From IMG/VR virus record IMGVR_UViG_2740892201_000001, positions 24,422-88,421 of that record: a stretch of DNA of 64,000 bases. One strand, 5' to 3'. Below are positions 48,262 through 59,094 of the stretch, one piece after another. The translations under genes and the position numbers were made by a program. The notes below the pieces were generated by a model, which had not been told where the DNA came from, made no database searches, and saw only the letters and a program-made list of their open reading frames with translations. Every line of letters begins with the position of its first letter. Position 1 is the first letter of the stretch. This stretch comes from a virus (lineage: Duplodnaviria > Caudoviricetes).

Positions 48262-48675
48262 ATGTCGTCAACCAAACAAACCGAAACATCACCGGCTTCA
48301 CTTCGTGCACTGGCGCTTGCTGCATCATCCGGCTTTCGCTCAAAGGTAATAGAGGTGCCGGAATGGAACGGCGCTAAGGTCATGCTGCGCGAACCGTCCG
48401 GTGAAGCCTGGGTGAAATTCCGTGAGATCATGACGCCACCTGAGCCTGAGGAAGGCCATGAGACGCCAAAGCTGAGTATCCAGGAAGAATACCTGCGCAA
48501 CAAACAGGCTGACGTCGTGATGTTTATCGATGTACTGCTGGATGAGAGCGGCAACCGCGTTTTCAGCGAAGGCGACGAACAGACCGTGTCTGAAATCTAC
48601 GGTCCGGTTCACTCCCGACTGCTCTCTCAGGCTATTGGCCTGGGCATGTCACAGGAAACAGCAGAGGCAAAGTAA
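48262..48675 (+). CDS. Tail assembly chaperone (gpG-like)
   Basis: VPEW.G..V.LREPS; ends in slippery G GCA AAG TAA. Confidence 0.85.
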   Translation: MSSTKQTETSPASLRALALAASSGFRSKVIEVPEWNGAKVMLREPSGEAWVKFREIMTPPEPEEGHETPKLSIQEEYLRNKQADVVMFIDVLLDESGNRVFSEGDEQTVSEIYGPVHSRLLSQAIGLGMSQETAEAK

Positions 48676-48962
48676 AAGAGCCGCTGACTTTCTTTCTGAT
48701 GACCCTTGCGCTCCGTCTGGGGCGCACAGTGAACGAACTGCGTAAGTCGCTTACTGCCAGTGAGCTAAAAATGTGGATTGCCTATGACCGGCTGAGTCCG
48801 ATTGGTGACTGGCGTGGCGATGTTCAGGCAGCGCAGGTATCGACGGCAATTATCAATGCTCAGGGTGGAAAAGCCACTATTGATGAGATGCTGCTCAAAT
48901 GGGGCAAAGCTGAGGAAGAGGAAGAAATCAGCGGCTTTGAAGAATGGATGAGTGCTCTTTAA
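48669..48962 (+). CDS. Tail assembly chaperone gpT part (probable -1 frameshift fusion)
   Basis: FLMTLALRLGRT..EL...W.A.DR.SPIGD; frame is -1 relative to gpG at GGCAAAG (48666-48672). Confidence 0.75.
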   Translation, partial: KVKEPLTFFLMTLALRLGRTVNELRKSLTASELKMWIAYDRLSPIGDWRGDVQAAQVSTAIINAQGGKATIDEMLLKWGKAEEEEEISGFEEWMSAL

Positions 48963-48995
48963 TTTCCGCGCCAGCGCGGTTCAGACGGGTGAGAT

Positions 48996-51900
48996 ATGGC
49001 AACGCTGCGCGAGCTCATTATTAAAATTTCCGCGAACTCCAGTTCATTTCAGTCTGAGATTTCGCGCGCCTCCCGCATGGGGGCTGATTACTATAAAACG
49101 ATGGAGCAGGGCGGGCGGAAGGCTGCAGCGGCCACGCGGGAAACCCAGCGTTCTTTGTCTGACCTGAACTCCGAGCTGGCTACGGTAAAATCATCTGCAG
49201 CCGGGTTAGCGGGGGCGTGGGCTGGCGCGTTCGCAACGCATCAGCTTATTGAGTTTGCTGACACATGGAACCAGATGAATGGTCGCCTTAAGCTGGCCTC
49301 CACCTCTGCCGACGACTTCTCAACAGCCCAGCGCACACTGATGGAAATCAGCCAGCGTACCGGCACGTCACTGGAAGCTAACTCGGGCTTATACAGCCGT
49401 ATCGCTCAGTCACTCCGCGCGGCGGGTTATGCATCATCTGACGTGGCGAAAGTCACTGAAACAGTCGCAACATCGCTGAAGCTATCCGGAGCCAGCACAG
49501 AAGAAGCGAGCTCAGTTATCACGCAGCTCAGCCAGGCGCTGGGTTCAGGTGTACTGCGCGGCGAAGAGTTTAACGCCATCATGGAAAGCGGTGGACGCCT
49601 GGCAAAACTTCTTGCTGATGGTCTGGGTGTGACCGTTGGTGGCCTGCGAAACATGGCCAACAACGGCGAACTGACCACAGATAAAATCCTGCCGCTTCTG
49701 ACCAATGTTGAAATCCTGCGAAAGGAATTTGAGAGCCTTCCTGCTTCCGTGAGTGGATCGGCTCAGAAGGTCCAGAACGCCTTTCTGGCATGGGTGGGGG
49801 GTGCCGACAGTGCTGTTGGCGCATCTTCCTCGCTTGCTGGCGTGCTGGACGGCCTGGCTAGAAATATCGATACGGTAGCTAACACGGCTGGCGTGCTGGT
49901 CAGCGTCGGTCTGGCGCGTTATTTCGGCAACATGGTTGGCAGCGTTGCCCAGTCAACTGCGGCGGTGGTGTCGAATACTGCCGCTGAGGTAGGGCTGGCA
50001 CAGGCTCAGGTTCGTGGCGCTCAGGTCAGTGTGGCAGCAGCACGCCAGACGGTTTACCGGGCTCAGCAGGCCAGAGCAGCCGCCGTCTCGATTGAGGCAC
50101 AGATTGTCGCCGAACGTGCGCTGACAGCTGCGCAGTCCGGGCTTAACAGTGCCATCGCGGGCAGAACATCTGCCATCAGCAACCTGACCAATACTGCCTC
50201 TGTAATGTCGCGGCTTGGCGGCGGTGTGCTGAGTGTTCTGGGCGGCTGGCCGGGTGTGATTATCGGTGCCGGTGCTGCTATGTTCGGCTTGTACCAGCAC
50301 ACTCAGCAGGTTCACAAAGAGGCGGTAAGCTTCGCCAACAATCTCGATGAGATCAACAGCAAGCTTAAGCAGATGTCTGTGCTGGGCCTGAAGTCTACCG
50401 CTGCTGATGCCCGTACATCTCTTCAGGCGCAGAAGCAGGATTTGAATGACCTCGATACGCAGATCGCAAAAGTTAGAGACAGCCTGAGTGGCCTGGACCA
50501 GATTCAGCAGGATTACAACAGGCACCCCACGCTGACCTATATCAACACGTTCATGGATCAGGCCGACATCACGGCTAAGAATGTGGAGCTCACCGATAAG
50601 CTAAACCGGCTGGAGTATCAGCGAGAGCAGGCTGCAGCAAAAGTCGCCAGCACGCAAAAGCTGGTCAATGATGCGAGCGATCTTGCAACGCAGAAGGCCG
50701 TTGAGCAGGCTGGCGCTGTTTCGATTCTGAAGGGTGCCTATGATCTCCTGAACCGCTCAATGTCCGCCACTGCCGGGGCGAAACCGCCTCAGTATGCAGG
50801 TCCGGTTGTGAACGTTGCCAGCGCCACTCCGCAGCAGCAGACAGCGCTTGAAAAGGCCCGTCGCGATAACGAGCTTTCCAGCCTCAGCGGTTTGCAGAAG
50901 CTGCACGCGCAGCATCAGTACGAAGCTGATGACCTGAAACTGACCGGCGCACTCTATACCCAGTACGTTTACAACAAAGATCAGGCTGCAAAAAAAGATG
51001 CAGCCGCTGCAGAGGCAAAGAAAACCGGCACGGCCGCAACAAATGCACAGAACAAAGCTGAGCGGGAAGCCGCAACACAGGCTGAAAACTATGCCCGTAA
51101 AATGGCTGACCTCAGCGTTGCCATAGAGGTTCAGAAGGTTCGCGCCACCGAAGGTGAAAAAGCATCAGAGTTGTATGCCGCATCGCATCAGGCTGGCACC
51201 AAGTGGACAGAAGAGCAGCGCAAAGCCATTCGCGACAACTCATCTGAGTTAGCCATATGGACACAACGGGCTGAGGCGAATGTAAAAAAACAGCGTGAGC
51301 AGGCTGAGGCGCTGAAGGATTTAACCGAAGCAGCGCGGAAATATCGCGATGATGCCACCCAGACCACGGCGACAGCGGGCCTCAGTGACCGTCAGCGCAG
51401 CCGTTATGAAGAAACGCAGCAGGTGGATCGCGTTTTCGATAAAACGGACAAAGGCGCGGCGGCGATTGCGGCGCGTCAGCAGGCTCTCGGCGATCTGGAC
51501 AGGAAATACCAGGCCATAGCCGCAACAGAGGCAGACTGGCTTAGCGGGGCGTCGAAGGGATATCAGAACTGGCTTGAAAGCGCCAGTAATGTGTCCGGGG
51601 CCGTTGCCTCCGGCGTGATCTCTACTCTCGACAGCGCAATGGATAACATGTCTTCCATGCTGGCAGGCAGTAAAGCAGACTGGAAAAGCTGGGGCCTTTC
51701 GATCCTGCAGACCATCGCAAAAATTGCGCTTCAGATGGCTGTCGTCAATACGCTGAAAGCTTCTTCTTCATCATGGGGAAGTATTCTGGGCTCAGTTGCC
51801 AGCAGTGTCGGCGGCGCTGTTGCAGGCGGTGCTGCAGGCGGCTCGACCGGATCAACCGGCGCAATGGGGCTGTCAACCAGCTACAGCGCCTATGACAGTG

Positions 51901-52280
51901 GTGGTTTTACCGGTGCAGGCGGTAAATATGATCCGGCCGGCATTGTGCATAAAGGGGAATTCGTCTTCACCAAAGAGGCAACAGACCGCATCGGTGTGTC
52001 AAACCTCTATTCACTGATGAAAGGCTATGCGGATGGCGGGGTTGTATCACCCGGGGCCGCTGTTTATTCCTCCGGTGTTAACCGCGCTTCCGGCAACGGG
52101 AATACGGTTTTTAACATCAGCGCCCCGGTCACCATAAGTCAGGGAGGGGCGGCGGGTGAAACCTCTGCCAGCGGTACGGCAGACACGGCCAGACAGCTTA
52201 AATCTATTGTCGAAATGACGCTAACAGAGCGGCTCAGGAAGGAGATTTCTCCGGGCGGACTGCTGTACCGGACTTCGTGA
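48996..52280 (+). CDS. Tape measure protein
   Basis: 1094 aa Ala-rich; QLSQAL.SGVLRGEEFN; GG.TG.GGKY.PAGIVHKGEFV. Confidence 0.95.
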   Translation: MATLRELIIKISANSSSFQSEISRASRMGADYYKTMEQGGRKAAAATRETQRSLSDLNSELATVKSSAAGLAGAWAGAFATHQLIEFADTWNQMNGRLKLASTSADDFSTAQRTLMEISQRTGTSLEANSGLYSRIAQSLRAAGYASSDVAKVTETVATSLKLSGASTEEASSVITQLSQALGSGVLRGEEFNAIMESGGRLAKLLADGLGVTVGGLRNMANNGELTTDKILPLLTNVEILRKEFESLPASVSGSAQKVQNAFLAWVGGADSAVGASSSLAGVLDGLARNIDTVANTAGVLVSVGLARYFGNMVGSVAQSTAAVVSNTAAEVGLAQAQVRGAQVSVAAARQTVYRAQQARAAAVSIEAQIVAERALTAAQSGLNSAIAGRTSAISNLTNTASVMSRLGGGVLSVLGGWPGVIIGAGAAMFGLYQHTQQVHKEAVSFANNLDEINSKLKQMSVLGLKSTAADARTSLQAQKQDLNDLDTQIAKVRDSLSGLDQIQQDYNRHPTLTYINTFMDQADITAKNVELTDKLNRLEYQREQAAAKVASTQKLVNDASDLATQKAVEQAGAVSILKGAYDLLNRSMSATAGAKPPQYAGPVVNVASATPQQQTALEKARRDNELSSLSGLQKLHAQHQYEADDLKLTGALYTQYVYNKDQAAKKDAAAAEAKKTGTAATNAQNKAEREAATQAENYARKMADLSVAIEVQKVRATEGEKASELYAASHQAGTKWTEEQRKAIRDNSSELAIWTQRAEANVKKQREQAEALKDLTEAARKYRDDATQTTATAGLSDRQRSRYEETQQVDRVFDKTDKGAAAIAARQQALGDLDRKYQAIAATEADWLSGASKGYQNWLESASNVSGAVASGVISTLDSAMDNMSSMLAGSKADWKSWGLSILQTIAKIALQMAVVNTLKASSSSWGSILGSVASSVGGAVAGGAAGGSTGSTGAMGLSTSYSAYDSGGFTGAGGKYDPAGIVHKGEFVFTKEATDRIGVSNLYSLMKGYADGGVVSPGAAVYSSGVNRASGNGNTVFNISAPVTISQGGAAGETSASGTADTARQLKSIVEMTLTERLRKEISPGGLLYRTS

Positions 52281-52288
52281 GGTTACAA

Positions 52289-52630
52289 ATGGCGATTGAT
52301 ACTTTTAGCTGGTGCGTCAGAACGGGGGCGACGGAAGAGGTTAATGTTGCCACGCTTCAGGCCCAGTTCGGTGATGGCTATAAGCAGGTGGCCGGTGTCG
52401 GGATTAACGATCAGCGCGAGTCCTGGCCGGTTACCTGCAGCGGCAGTAAAACTGAGATGGCGACCGTGAGGGCTTTTCTCAAAGCGCACGTCACCACCTC
52501 CTGCTGGTGGGTCAATCCGTGGGGAGAGAAAAAGCTTTACCGCGTTAAATCTGATTCAATCCGGCCCGCCTTCATCAACGGTAATTTCGTGGAAATCAGC
52601 TTTACCTTTGAGCAGGCTTTCGCACCGTGA
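52289..52630 (+). CDS. Minor tail protein (gpM-like)
   Basis: QFGDGY.Q...GIN; TFEQAFAP. Confidence 0.88.
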   Translation: MAIDTFSWCVRTGATEEVNVATLQAQFGDGYKQVAGVGINDQRESWPVTCSGSKTEMATVRAFLKAHVTTSCWWVNPWGEKKLYRVKSDSIRPAFINGNFVEISFTFEQAFAP

Positions 52631-52682
52631 CATGTCACGATAACAACAGGGCGCTGATGCGCCCTTTTTTATTGGGTGAAAA

Positions 52683-53420
52683 ATGAGTTTCAACCAGGAC
52701 ATTCAGGCGCTGGAGCCGGGGAGTCTGGTCCAGCTGATAGAGATTGACGGTACAGCCTTCGGGCTGGATACCGTGCTGCGCTTCCATGCGTATAACCTTC
52801 CGACCGAGGGCTGGAAGTCTTTTGCAGCGGAAAACCTGCCATCCATCATCTGGCAGGGTAATGTGTACGATCCTCATCCGTATGAGCTGACCGGCATGGA
52901 GATGAGCAGCACCGGTTCCCAGCCGACACCAAAGCTTTCTGTCGGCAACGTGGGTAACTATGTGACTGCGCTCTGCCTGCAGTTTGACGACATGGTAAAG
53001 GCGAAGGTGCGCATCCACACCACGCTGGCAAAGTATCTCGATGCGGCAAACTGGACGGCGGGCAACCCAAACGCCAATCCGCAGGAAGAGCGCGTTCAGC
53101 TGTTTTACGTGAATGCGAAGACTTCCGAGACGCGTGCTCAGGTGGATTTTGAACTCTGCTCCCCCTTTGATATCCAGAGCCTGCAGCTTCCATCGCGCCA
53201 GATTACGCCGGTCTGTACCTGGTGCATGCGTGGCTGGTACCGCACCGGCACAGGGTGCGATTACGCAGGCAATCGGTATTTTACCAAGGACGGCACGGCG
53301 ACCAGTGACCCGTCAAAAGATGTCTGCGGCGGGCGTATGGTTGACTGCAAAGCACGCTTTGGCGATGACCAGCCACTGCCGTTCGGCGGGTTCCCGGCTG
53401 CTAACCTGCAGGGGAAATAA
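52683..53420 (+). CDS. Minor tail protein L
   Basis: IWQG..Y.P.P; KYLDA.N; C.W...G.YR...C.Y; C..RFG...LPFGGFP. Confidence 0.92.
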   Translation: MSFNQDIQALEPGSLVQLIEIDGTAFGLDTVLRFHAYNLPTEGWKSFAAENLPSIIWQGNVYDPHPYELTGMEMSSTGSQPTPKLSVGNVGNYVTALCLQFDDMVKAKVRIHTTLAKYLDAANWTAGNPNANPQEERVQLFYVNAKTSETRAQVDFELCSPFDIQSLQLPSRQITPVCTWCMRGWYRTGTGCDYAGNRYFTKDGTATSDPSKDVCGGRMVDCKARFGDDQPLPFGGFPAANLQGK

Positions 53421-53422
53421 CG

Positions 53423-54142
53423 ATGCGCAAAAAGATTCTTGAGGCGATACGCGAGCACGTCGCCGCCGAATACCCGAAAGAGGCGTGTGGCCTGGTCATC
53501 CAGTCAGGCCGGAGCCAGAACTATATCCCCTGCCGGAATATCGCTGACGCGCCGACCGGGCACTTTACGCTGTCGCCGGAGGATAAGCGGGCAGCGGAAG
53601 CGCAGGGCGAAATTCTGATGGTTATCCATTCGCACCCGGACGTGCCGCAGCTCATCCCGTCAGAGCATGACCGGGTACAGTGCGACTTCTCCGGCGTGGA
53701 GTGGGGGATCATGTCGTGGCCGGACGGCGACTTCTGCACCATCAGCCCGCGCACTGACCGCGACTACACCGGCCGCCCCTGGCTGATTGGCGGTAATGAC
53801 TGCTGGTCGCTCATCATGGACTGGTACCAGCGTGAGCACGGCATCACCCTGAAGAACTGGTCCGTAGACTATGAATGGTGGGTGGATGGCAAAGAAAACC
53901 TGTATGACGACAACTGGCAGTCAGAGGGGTTTGTAGAGGTTGAGCCAGCGGAGATGCGTGAGGGCGACATGATCATGATGCGCATCAGCGCCCCGGTAAC
54001 AAACCACGCCGCAATCTACCTGGGCAACAATATCATTCTTCATCATAACGCCGGAAGCCTGTCTACACGGGTGCCTTATGGCGAATACTGGCGTAACCGT
54101 ACTGTGCGCATTGTGCGCCGAAAGGAGCTGATGGATGCTTAA
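53423..54142 (+). CDS. Tail assembly protein K (JAB plus NlpC/P60)
   Basis: YP.EACG; HSHPD; DCW.L; NHAAIYLG; LHH. Confidence 0.92.
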   Translation: MRKKILEAIREHVAAEYPKEACGLVIQSGRSQNYIPCRNIADAPTGHFTLSPEDKRAAEAQGEILMVIHSHPDVPQLIPSEHDRVQCDFSGVEWGIMSWPDGDFCTISPRTDRDYTGRPWLIGGNDCWSLIMDWYQREHGITLKNWSVDYEWWVDGKENLYDDNWQSEGFVEVEPAEMREGDMIMMRISAPVTNHAAIYLGNNIILHHNAGSLSTRVPYGEYWRNRTVRIVRRKELMDA

Positions 54143-54758
54143 AACCATGCGACTCAAAGGCCGGATGGCAAAAATGTTTGGTCCGGTTCACCAGTTCCAC
54201 GTGGCGGATTTGCGGGAGCTGCTGCGTGCGATATGCTCACAGGTGCCAGGCTTCAAAAAGTTCGTGTCAAACGCCCACCTCAACGGCATCCGGTTCGCCT
54301 TCTTCAGCGGCAAAGACAACATCGGCCTGCAGGAATTCGATATGTCCTCAGCCGCAACTGAGTTTCAGATGGAGCCGGTTCTGGAGGGTTCAAAGCGCGG
54401 CGGTACGCTGCAGATTATCATCGGTGCCGTCGCGATTGTGGCGGCGTTCTTCACCGCAGGCGGCTCGCTGGCACTCTATGGCGCAGCGCTGGGTACCACC
54501 ACTGCAACGGGTCTGGCCGTAACCGCGCTTACCAGTATGGGTATCAGTATGCTTCTGGGGGGAGTCGTGCAGATGCTGACGCCTCAGCCCAAGCTTAACG
54601 TGGGGGCCTCATCCAGTACTGACAACAAGCCGAACTACGCGTTCGGTGCACCGGTCAACACAGTCGCGATGGGCTATCCGGTGCCGGTGCTTTACGGGAA
54701 ACGGGAAATCGGCGGCGCGGTCATCAGTGCAGGCAGCTTTACCAGCGATCAGCAGTAA
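54135..54758 (+). CDS. Tail assembly protein I
   Basis: GSK.GG.LQ.I.G; GGV.QML.PQ; YAFG.PVNT.A.G.PVP.LYG. Confidence 0.9.
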   Translation: MLKTMRLKGRMAKMFGPVHQFHVADLRELLRAICSQVPGFKKFVSNAHLNGIRFAFFSGKDNIGLQEFDMSSAATEFQMEPVLEGSKRGGTLQIIIGAVAIVAAFFTAGGSLALYGAALGTTTATGLAVTALTSMGISMLLGGVVQMLTPQPKLNVGASSSTDNKPNYAFGAPVNTVAMGYPVPVLYGKREIGGAVISAGSFTSDQQ

Positions 54759-54814
54759 TCCATTCGGGACTAATTTTCAGGCCACCTTCGGGTGGCTTTT
54801 TTTATGGGTGAAAT

Positions 54815-57800
54815 ATGCGACTTCTTGAGGGTGCTGTGATTCAGGGCAGTAAAGGTGGTGGCGGGAGCGCACATACGCCGGTAGAGCAGGCAGACGATCT
54901 TCTGTCTATCGCCAAACTGAAAATGCTGCTGGCTATCTCTGAAGGTGAGATTCAGGGCGACTTAACCGCACAGCAGATTTACCTGAACGATACACAGCTG
55001 GCGAATGAAGACGGCACCTATAACTTTACCGGCGTCGTGTGGGACTGGCGCAGGGGAACGCAGGACCAGACCTACATTCAGGGTATGCCGGAGGTCGATA
55101 ACGAACTGTCAGTGGGCGTTGCCGTCACGCAGTCTGTCGCCTGGACGCGCCAGTTCACCAACCTGACACTCGATGCTGTTCGCATCAAGGTGAGCCTGCC
55201 GGTGCAGTATCAGTATAAAGATAATGGCGACATGGTTGGCACCGTCACGCAGTACGCTATTGACCTGTCTACGGATGGCGGTTCATGGGTGACGGTTGTT
55301 GACGGCAGATTTAACGGCAAGACCACGTCTGAATATCAGCGTGATCACCGCATTGATTTGCCCAAAGCAACATCCGGCTGGTCAATCCGGGTACGCCGCA
55401 TCACAGCTGATTCGACATCCTCAAAGCTGATAAACGCCTTCAAGGTATTCTCATTTGCAGAGGTCATCGACAGCAAGCTTCGTTATCCCAACACCGCACT
55501 GCTGTATATCGAGGTTGATGCCAGCCAGTTCAGCGGTCAGGCACCAAAAGTCACCTGCAAGCCAAAAGGGCGGCTGGTCCGCGTCCCGACGACCTATGAT
55601 CCGGTTTCACGCACGTATGCCGGTACATGGCAGGGTGATTTCAAATTCGCCTATACCGATAACCCGGCATGGATTTTCTATGACCTGGTGCTGGATAAAA
55701 TCTTCGGCATGGGGACCCGCGTTGATGCCACCATGATCGACAAGTGGGAGCTCTACAGCATTTCGCAGTACTGCGATCAGATGGTGTCAGACGGCGCAGG
55801 CGGCACAGAGCCACGCTTTACCTGTAACGTGTTCATCCAGAGCCAGCAGGATGCTTACACTGTACTGAAGGACATTGCGGCAATATTCCGTGGCATCACG
55901 TTCTGGGGTAACAGCCAGATTTTCGTCAATGCTGACGTGCCACAGGTCGATTCAGACGGAAATGTTGACGTTGATTTCGTTTACCACGCGGCGAACGTCA
56001 TTGACGGTCTGTTCACGTATGCAGGTGGCAGCTACAAGAACCGCTATTCATCCTGTCAGGTGAGCTGGTCCGATCCGATTAACCACTATTCTGACACTGT
56101 TGAAGGCGTCTACGACTCCGACCTGGTGCAGCGCTACGATGTGCGCGAGATGAGCCTGACAGCCATTGGCTGCACGTCTCAGAGCGAGGCGCACCGGCGC
56201 GGACGATGGGCCATTCTGTCTAATGCCAAAGATGGCACCGTTTCATTCGGCGTCGGCCTGGACGGTTACATTCCGATCCCTGCTGAGATTATTGGTGTAG
56301 CGGACCCGTTCCGCAGCGGTAAACAGAACGGTGGCCGCATCAGTTCGGTTAATGGCCTGCGCATCACGCTCGACCGCGCTGTTGATTACGCTGCAGGTGA
56401 CAGACTGGTTGTAAACCTGCCGGACGGTACCGCACAGACCCGAACAATCGGCAGCATCAGCGCCGATAAGAAAACGGTCAGCGTGAATACCTCTTTCCGT
56501 ACCACGCCGGTGACGGGTGCAGTCTGGGCTATCGACAGCGATAATCTGGCAATTCAGTATTTCCGCGTCACCTCAGTAGCCGGGAATGATGACGGCACGT
56601 TTACCATTACCGGTGTGCAGCACGACCCCAACAAGTACCGCTACATTGATGACGGCGTGCGCATTGAGCCGGCACCAATCACAGTCACGCCCATCAGCGT
56701 GCTTAAGGCACCGGCCAACATCAAAATCAGCGAAGTCAGCTTTGTTGAGCAGGGATTGTCTGTTTCATCAATGCAGGTCACGTGGGACCGTGTTGAGGGG
56801 GCAATCAGCTACGTGGCTCAGTGGCGCAAGGACAAAGGGGACTGGATTAACGTCGCAGTCACCAGCGCACAGGGCTTCAGCATTCAGGGTATTTACACCG
56901 GTGTTTATGATGTCCGGGTGCGTGCTGTTAACGCGGCAGAAGTCTCTTCTCCGTGGGGCTATGCTGACTCGACCTCACTCAGCGGCAAAGCCGGTAAGCC
57001 GGGTACACCGGTAAACCTCCGCGCCACTGACAACGTGGTGTGGGCGATTGACGTGACGTGGGCGTTTCCTGATGGTTCCGGTGATACCTCTTACACAGAG
57101 ATTCAGGTGGCCACAACGGCAGACGGGCAGAATCCGCAGTTTCTGGCCTATGTTCCGTATCCTGGCGTGAGCTACCAGCACGGACCGATGCCCGCTGGCG
57201 TTCGCCGCTGGTACCGCGCCCGGCTGGTGGATCGCATAGGCAATACTGGCGACTGGACGAAGTTTGTTGAAGGGGCAAGCAGTGTTGATGCCACTGCGTT
57301 GCTGGGCGACATTACCGAACAGGTTCTCAAGACGGATGCCGGTAAGCAGCTCATTGCCAAAGTAGATACCAACATTGATGCGATGCTGCAGAATGCGCTT
57401 AACCTCGATGCAACGGTTGACCACCAGATGGCGGAAGCTGGTAAAAACCGCGCTGACATCCTGACAGTGAAGCAAACCATCGCAACTAACGATCAGGCTT
57501 ATGCGCAGAAGTTTGAGCAGGTACAGGCCACTGTAGACCAGAACACGGCGGCAGTTCAGCAAACCTCCACAGCGCTGGCGGATACGAACGGAAAGCTATC
57601 CGCGCAATACTCAGTAAAAGTGGCGGTAGACAGTAATGGTCGTCAGTACGCGGCTGGTATGGGAATTGGCGTTGAAAATTCCCCAGCAGGAATGCAGACG
57701 CAGGTGCTGTTCCTGGCTGATCGATTTGCCGTAATGTCGCAGGTAGGCGCTACGCCGAAAACCTTCTTTGCCATTCAGAACGGGCAGACCATCATCAATC

Positions 57801-58024
57801 AGGCATTCATAGGTGATGCGACTATCACAAGCGCAATGATCGCGGCATATATTGAGTCTACGAATTACGTTGCAGGAGCTACAGGATGGAGGCTCAGCAA
57901 AGACGGTACCTTTGAAAATAATGGTTATGAGCCCGGCAATGGTCGTATGGTGCAAACCAACAACCAAATATCAGTATATGACGGTAATGGTGTTCTGCGC
58001 GTGAGAATGGGGAAACTCAGCTGA
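54815..58024 (+). CDS. Central tail tip protein J
   Basis: G.KGGGG..HTPVE..D.L.S; YPNTAL; NPAW..YD; LRVRMG.L; FN3 segments. Confidence 0.95.
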   Translation: MRLLEGAVIQGSKGGGGSAHTPVEQADDLLSIAKLKMLLAISEGEIQGDLTAQQIYLNDTQLANEDGTYNFTGVVWDWRRGTQDQTYIQGMPEVDNELSVGVAVTQSVAWTRQFTNLTLDAVRIKVSLPVQYQYKDNGDMVGTVTQYAIDLSTDGGSWVTVVDGRFNGKTTSEYQRDHRIDLPKATSGWSIRVRRITADSTSSKLINAFKVFSFAEVIDSKLRYPNTALLYIEVDASQFSGQAPKVTCKPKGRLVRVPTTYDPVSRTYAGTWQGDFKFAYTDNPAWIFYDLVLDKIFGMGTRVDATMIDKWELYSISQYCDQMVSDGAGGTEPRFTCNVFIQSQQDAYTVLKDIAAIFRGITFWGNSQIFVNADVPQVDSDGNVDVDFVYHAANVIDGLFTYAGGSYKNRYSSCQVSWSDPINHYSDTVEGVYDSDLVQRYDVREMSLTAIGCTSQSEAHRRGRWAILSNAKDGTVSFGVGLDGYIPIPAEIIGVADPFRSGKQNGGRISSVNGLRITLDRAVDYAAGDRLVVNLPDGTAQTRTIGSISADKKTVSVNTSFRTTPVTGAVWAIDSDNLAIQYFRVTSVAGNDDGTFTITGVQHDPNKYRYIDDGVRIEPAPITVTPISVLKAPANIKISEVSFVEQGLSVSSMQVTWDRVEGAISYVAQWRKDKGDWINVAVTSAQGFSIQGIYTGVYDVRVRAVNAAEVSSPWGYADSTSLSGKAGKPGTPVNLRATDNVVWAIDVTWAFPDGSGDTSYTEIQVATTADGQNPQFLAYVPYPGVSYQHGPMPAGVRRWYRARLVDRIGNTGDWTKFVEGASSVDATALLGDITEQVLKTDAGKQLIAKVDTNIDAMLQNALNLDATVDHQMAEAGKNRADILTVKQTIATNDQAYAQKFEQVQATVDQNTAAVQQTSTALADTNGKLSAQYSVKVAVDSNGRQYAAGMGIGVENSPAGMQTQVLFLADRFAVMSQVGATPKTFFAIQNGQTIINQAFIGDATITSAMIAAYIESTNYVAGATGWRLSKDGTFENNGYEPGNGRMVQTNNQISVYDGNGVLRVRMGKLS

Positions 58025-58326
58025 TGGCATATGGTTTTGGAACCTGGGACGCCAATAGTGTCGATAATAACACTGGGCTCGTTAAAATTAATGCGCTCGG
58101 CGTTATGTCGATTGATGCTACCAGTAATTACAATCAGTCATTCGCACTGCCTACCGGTTATTCTCTCGATTATCTTTTTCAGGCCAGTGGCGACAGGAAT
58201 GGCAATGGCAGAAAGAAGATTTACGTCAGCGGCTCTAACGTCTTAGTGAGTCAGGTATCAGGCTCAGACTATTCTGTGGGAACTTTTCCTAACGTTCCGG
58301 GAAACATACTGGTATTCGTGAGGTGA
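58024..58326 (+). CDS. Small tail-tip protein
   Basis: MAYG..TWDA; coupled to J. Confidence 0.7.
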   Translation: MAYGFGTWDANSVDNNTGLVKINALGVMSIDATSNYNQSFALPTGYSLDYLFQASGDRNGNGRKKIYVSGSNVLVSQVSGSDYSVGTFPNVPGNILVFVR

Positions 58327-58327
58327 T

Positions 58328-59008
58328 ATGTCCTATGGAGCAATGCTGACAGACTCAGCAGGAGTACCATTTTACATTGGCGACACAATGCCATTAACCC
58401 TTCTTGAAAAGCGCGTGCTTAATGTGCCTTCTGTGTCCGGAAGCGGCACTGTCATTAACCTGTTTAATAATGACAATGTCATCAGGTTTGTGTTTGTTAA
58501 CAGTAATGGCGCTCAAGGGAATCGTTCAAGCACGTGTGAGGCCCTAGAATTATCCGGAGGGGTTTGGGGTTTACGCTGTGCTGGCGAGGCAAGAACAGTT
58601 AACGTTTACATTTTTGGCTATCAGTTCCAGCCTGTTCCCGCCTGGGGGATTCAAATCAATGACTCTCAGGGGCGATGTATACTGACAAACGAAACCAAAG
58701 TATTGCGTGATGTCCAGAAGCTGGGAGATGAGGGCTCGGATTCAGGATCGGGGTTAAACGCTAATTTCTCTATCTCAGGGGAGTGGGCCGTTGCACCGGC
58801 TTATACCGGGAATTACTCAGGAACAGTGAGTCAGGGTGGGCAGGTTTATCCGGTTGTTGCCCAGTATGCGAGCAGTGCAAGGTTCAATGGCAGCACGACA
58901 CAGATCACCAGTGGATATATCGGCAACCTCAATACCGGGGGCGGAGGTACAGGTACATTAACTAACTACCGAAACCGTCTTGTAGCGGTTAACGTTCAGA
59001 GGTATTAA
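58328..59008 (+). CDS. Tail-associated protein
   Basis: WGIQI.D.QG.CILTNETKVL motif; position after J. Confidence 0.7.
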   Translation: MSYGAMLTDSAGVPFYIGDTMPLTLLEKRVLNVPSVSGSGTVINLFNNDNVIRFVFVNSNGAQGNRSSTCEALELSGGVWGLRCAGEARTVNVYIFGYQFQPVPAWGIQINDSQGRCILTNETKVLRDVQKLGDEGSDSGSGLNANFSISGEWAVAPAYTGNYSGTVSQGGQVYPVVAQYASSARFNGSTTQITSGYIGNLNTGGGGTGTLTNYRNRLVAVNVQRY

Positions 59009-59094
59009 TAAAATCGATCCTTGAAATCCATCAATTTAATTGATGAGTTGAGGCTTTAAAGGTATAAAGCATCAAACTAAACAAGGATGATTAA

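Noticed and set aside
59009-59060. OxyR/Dam phase-variation switch upstream of cor
   Set aside because: Only one GATC and a weak motif match, which is insufficient.
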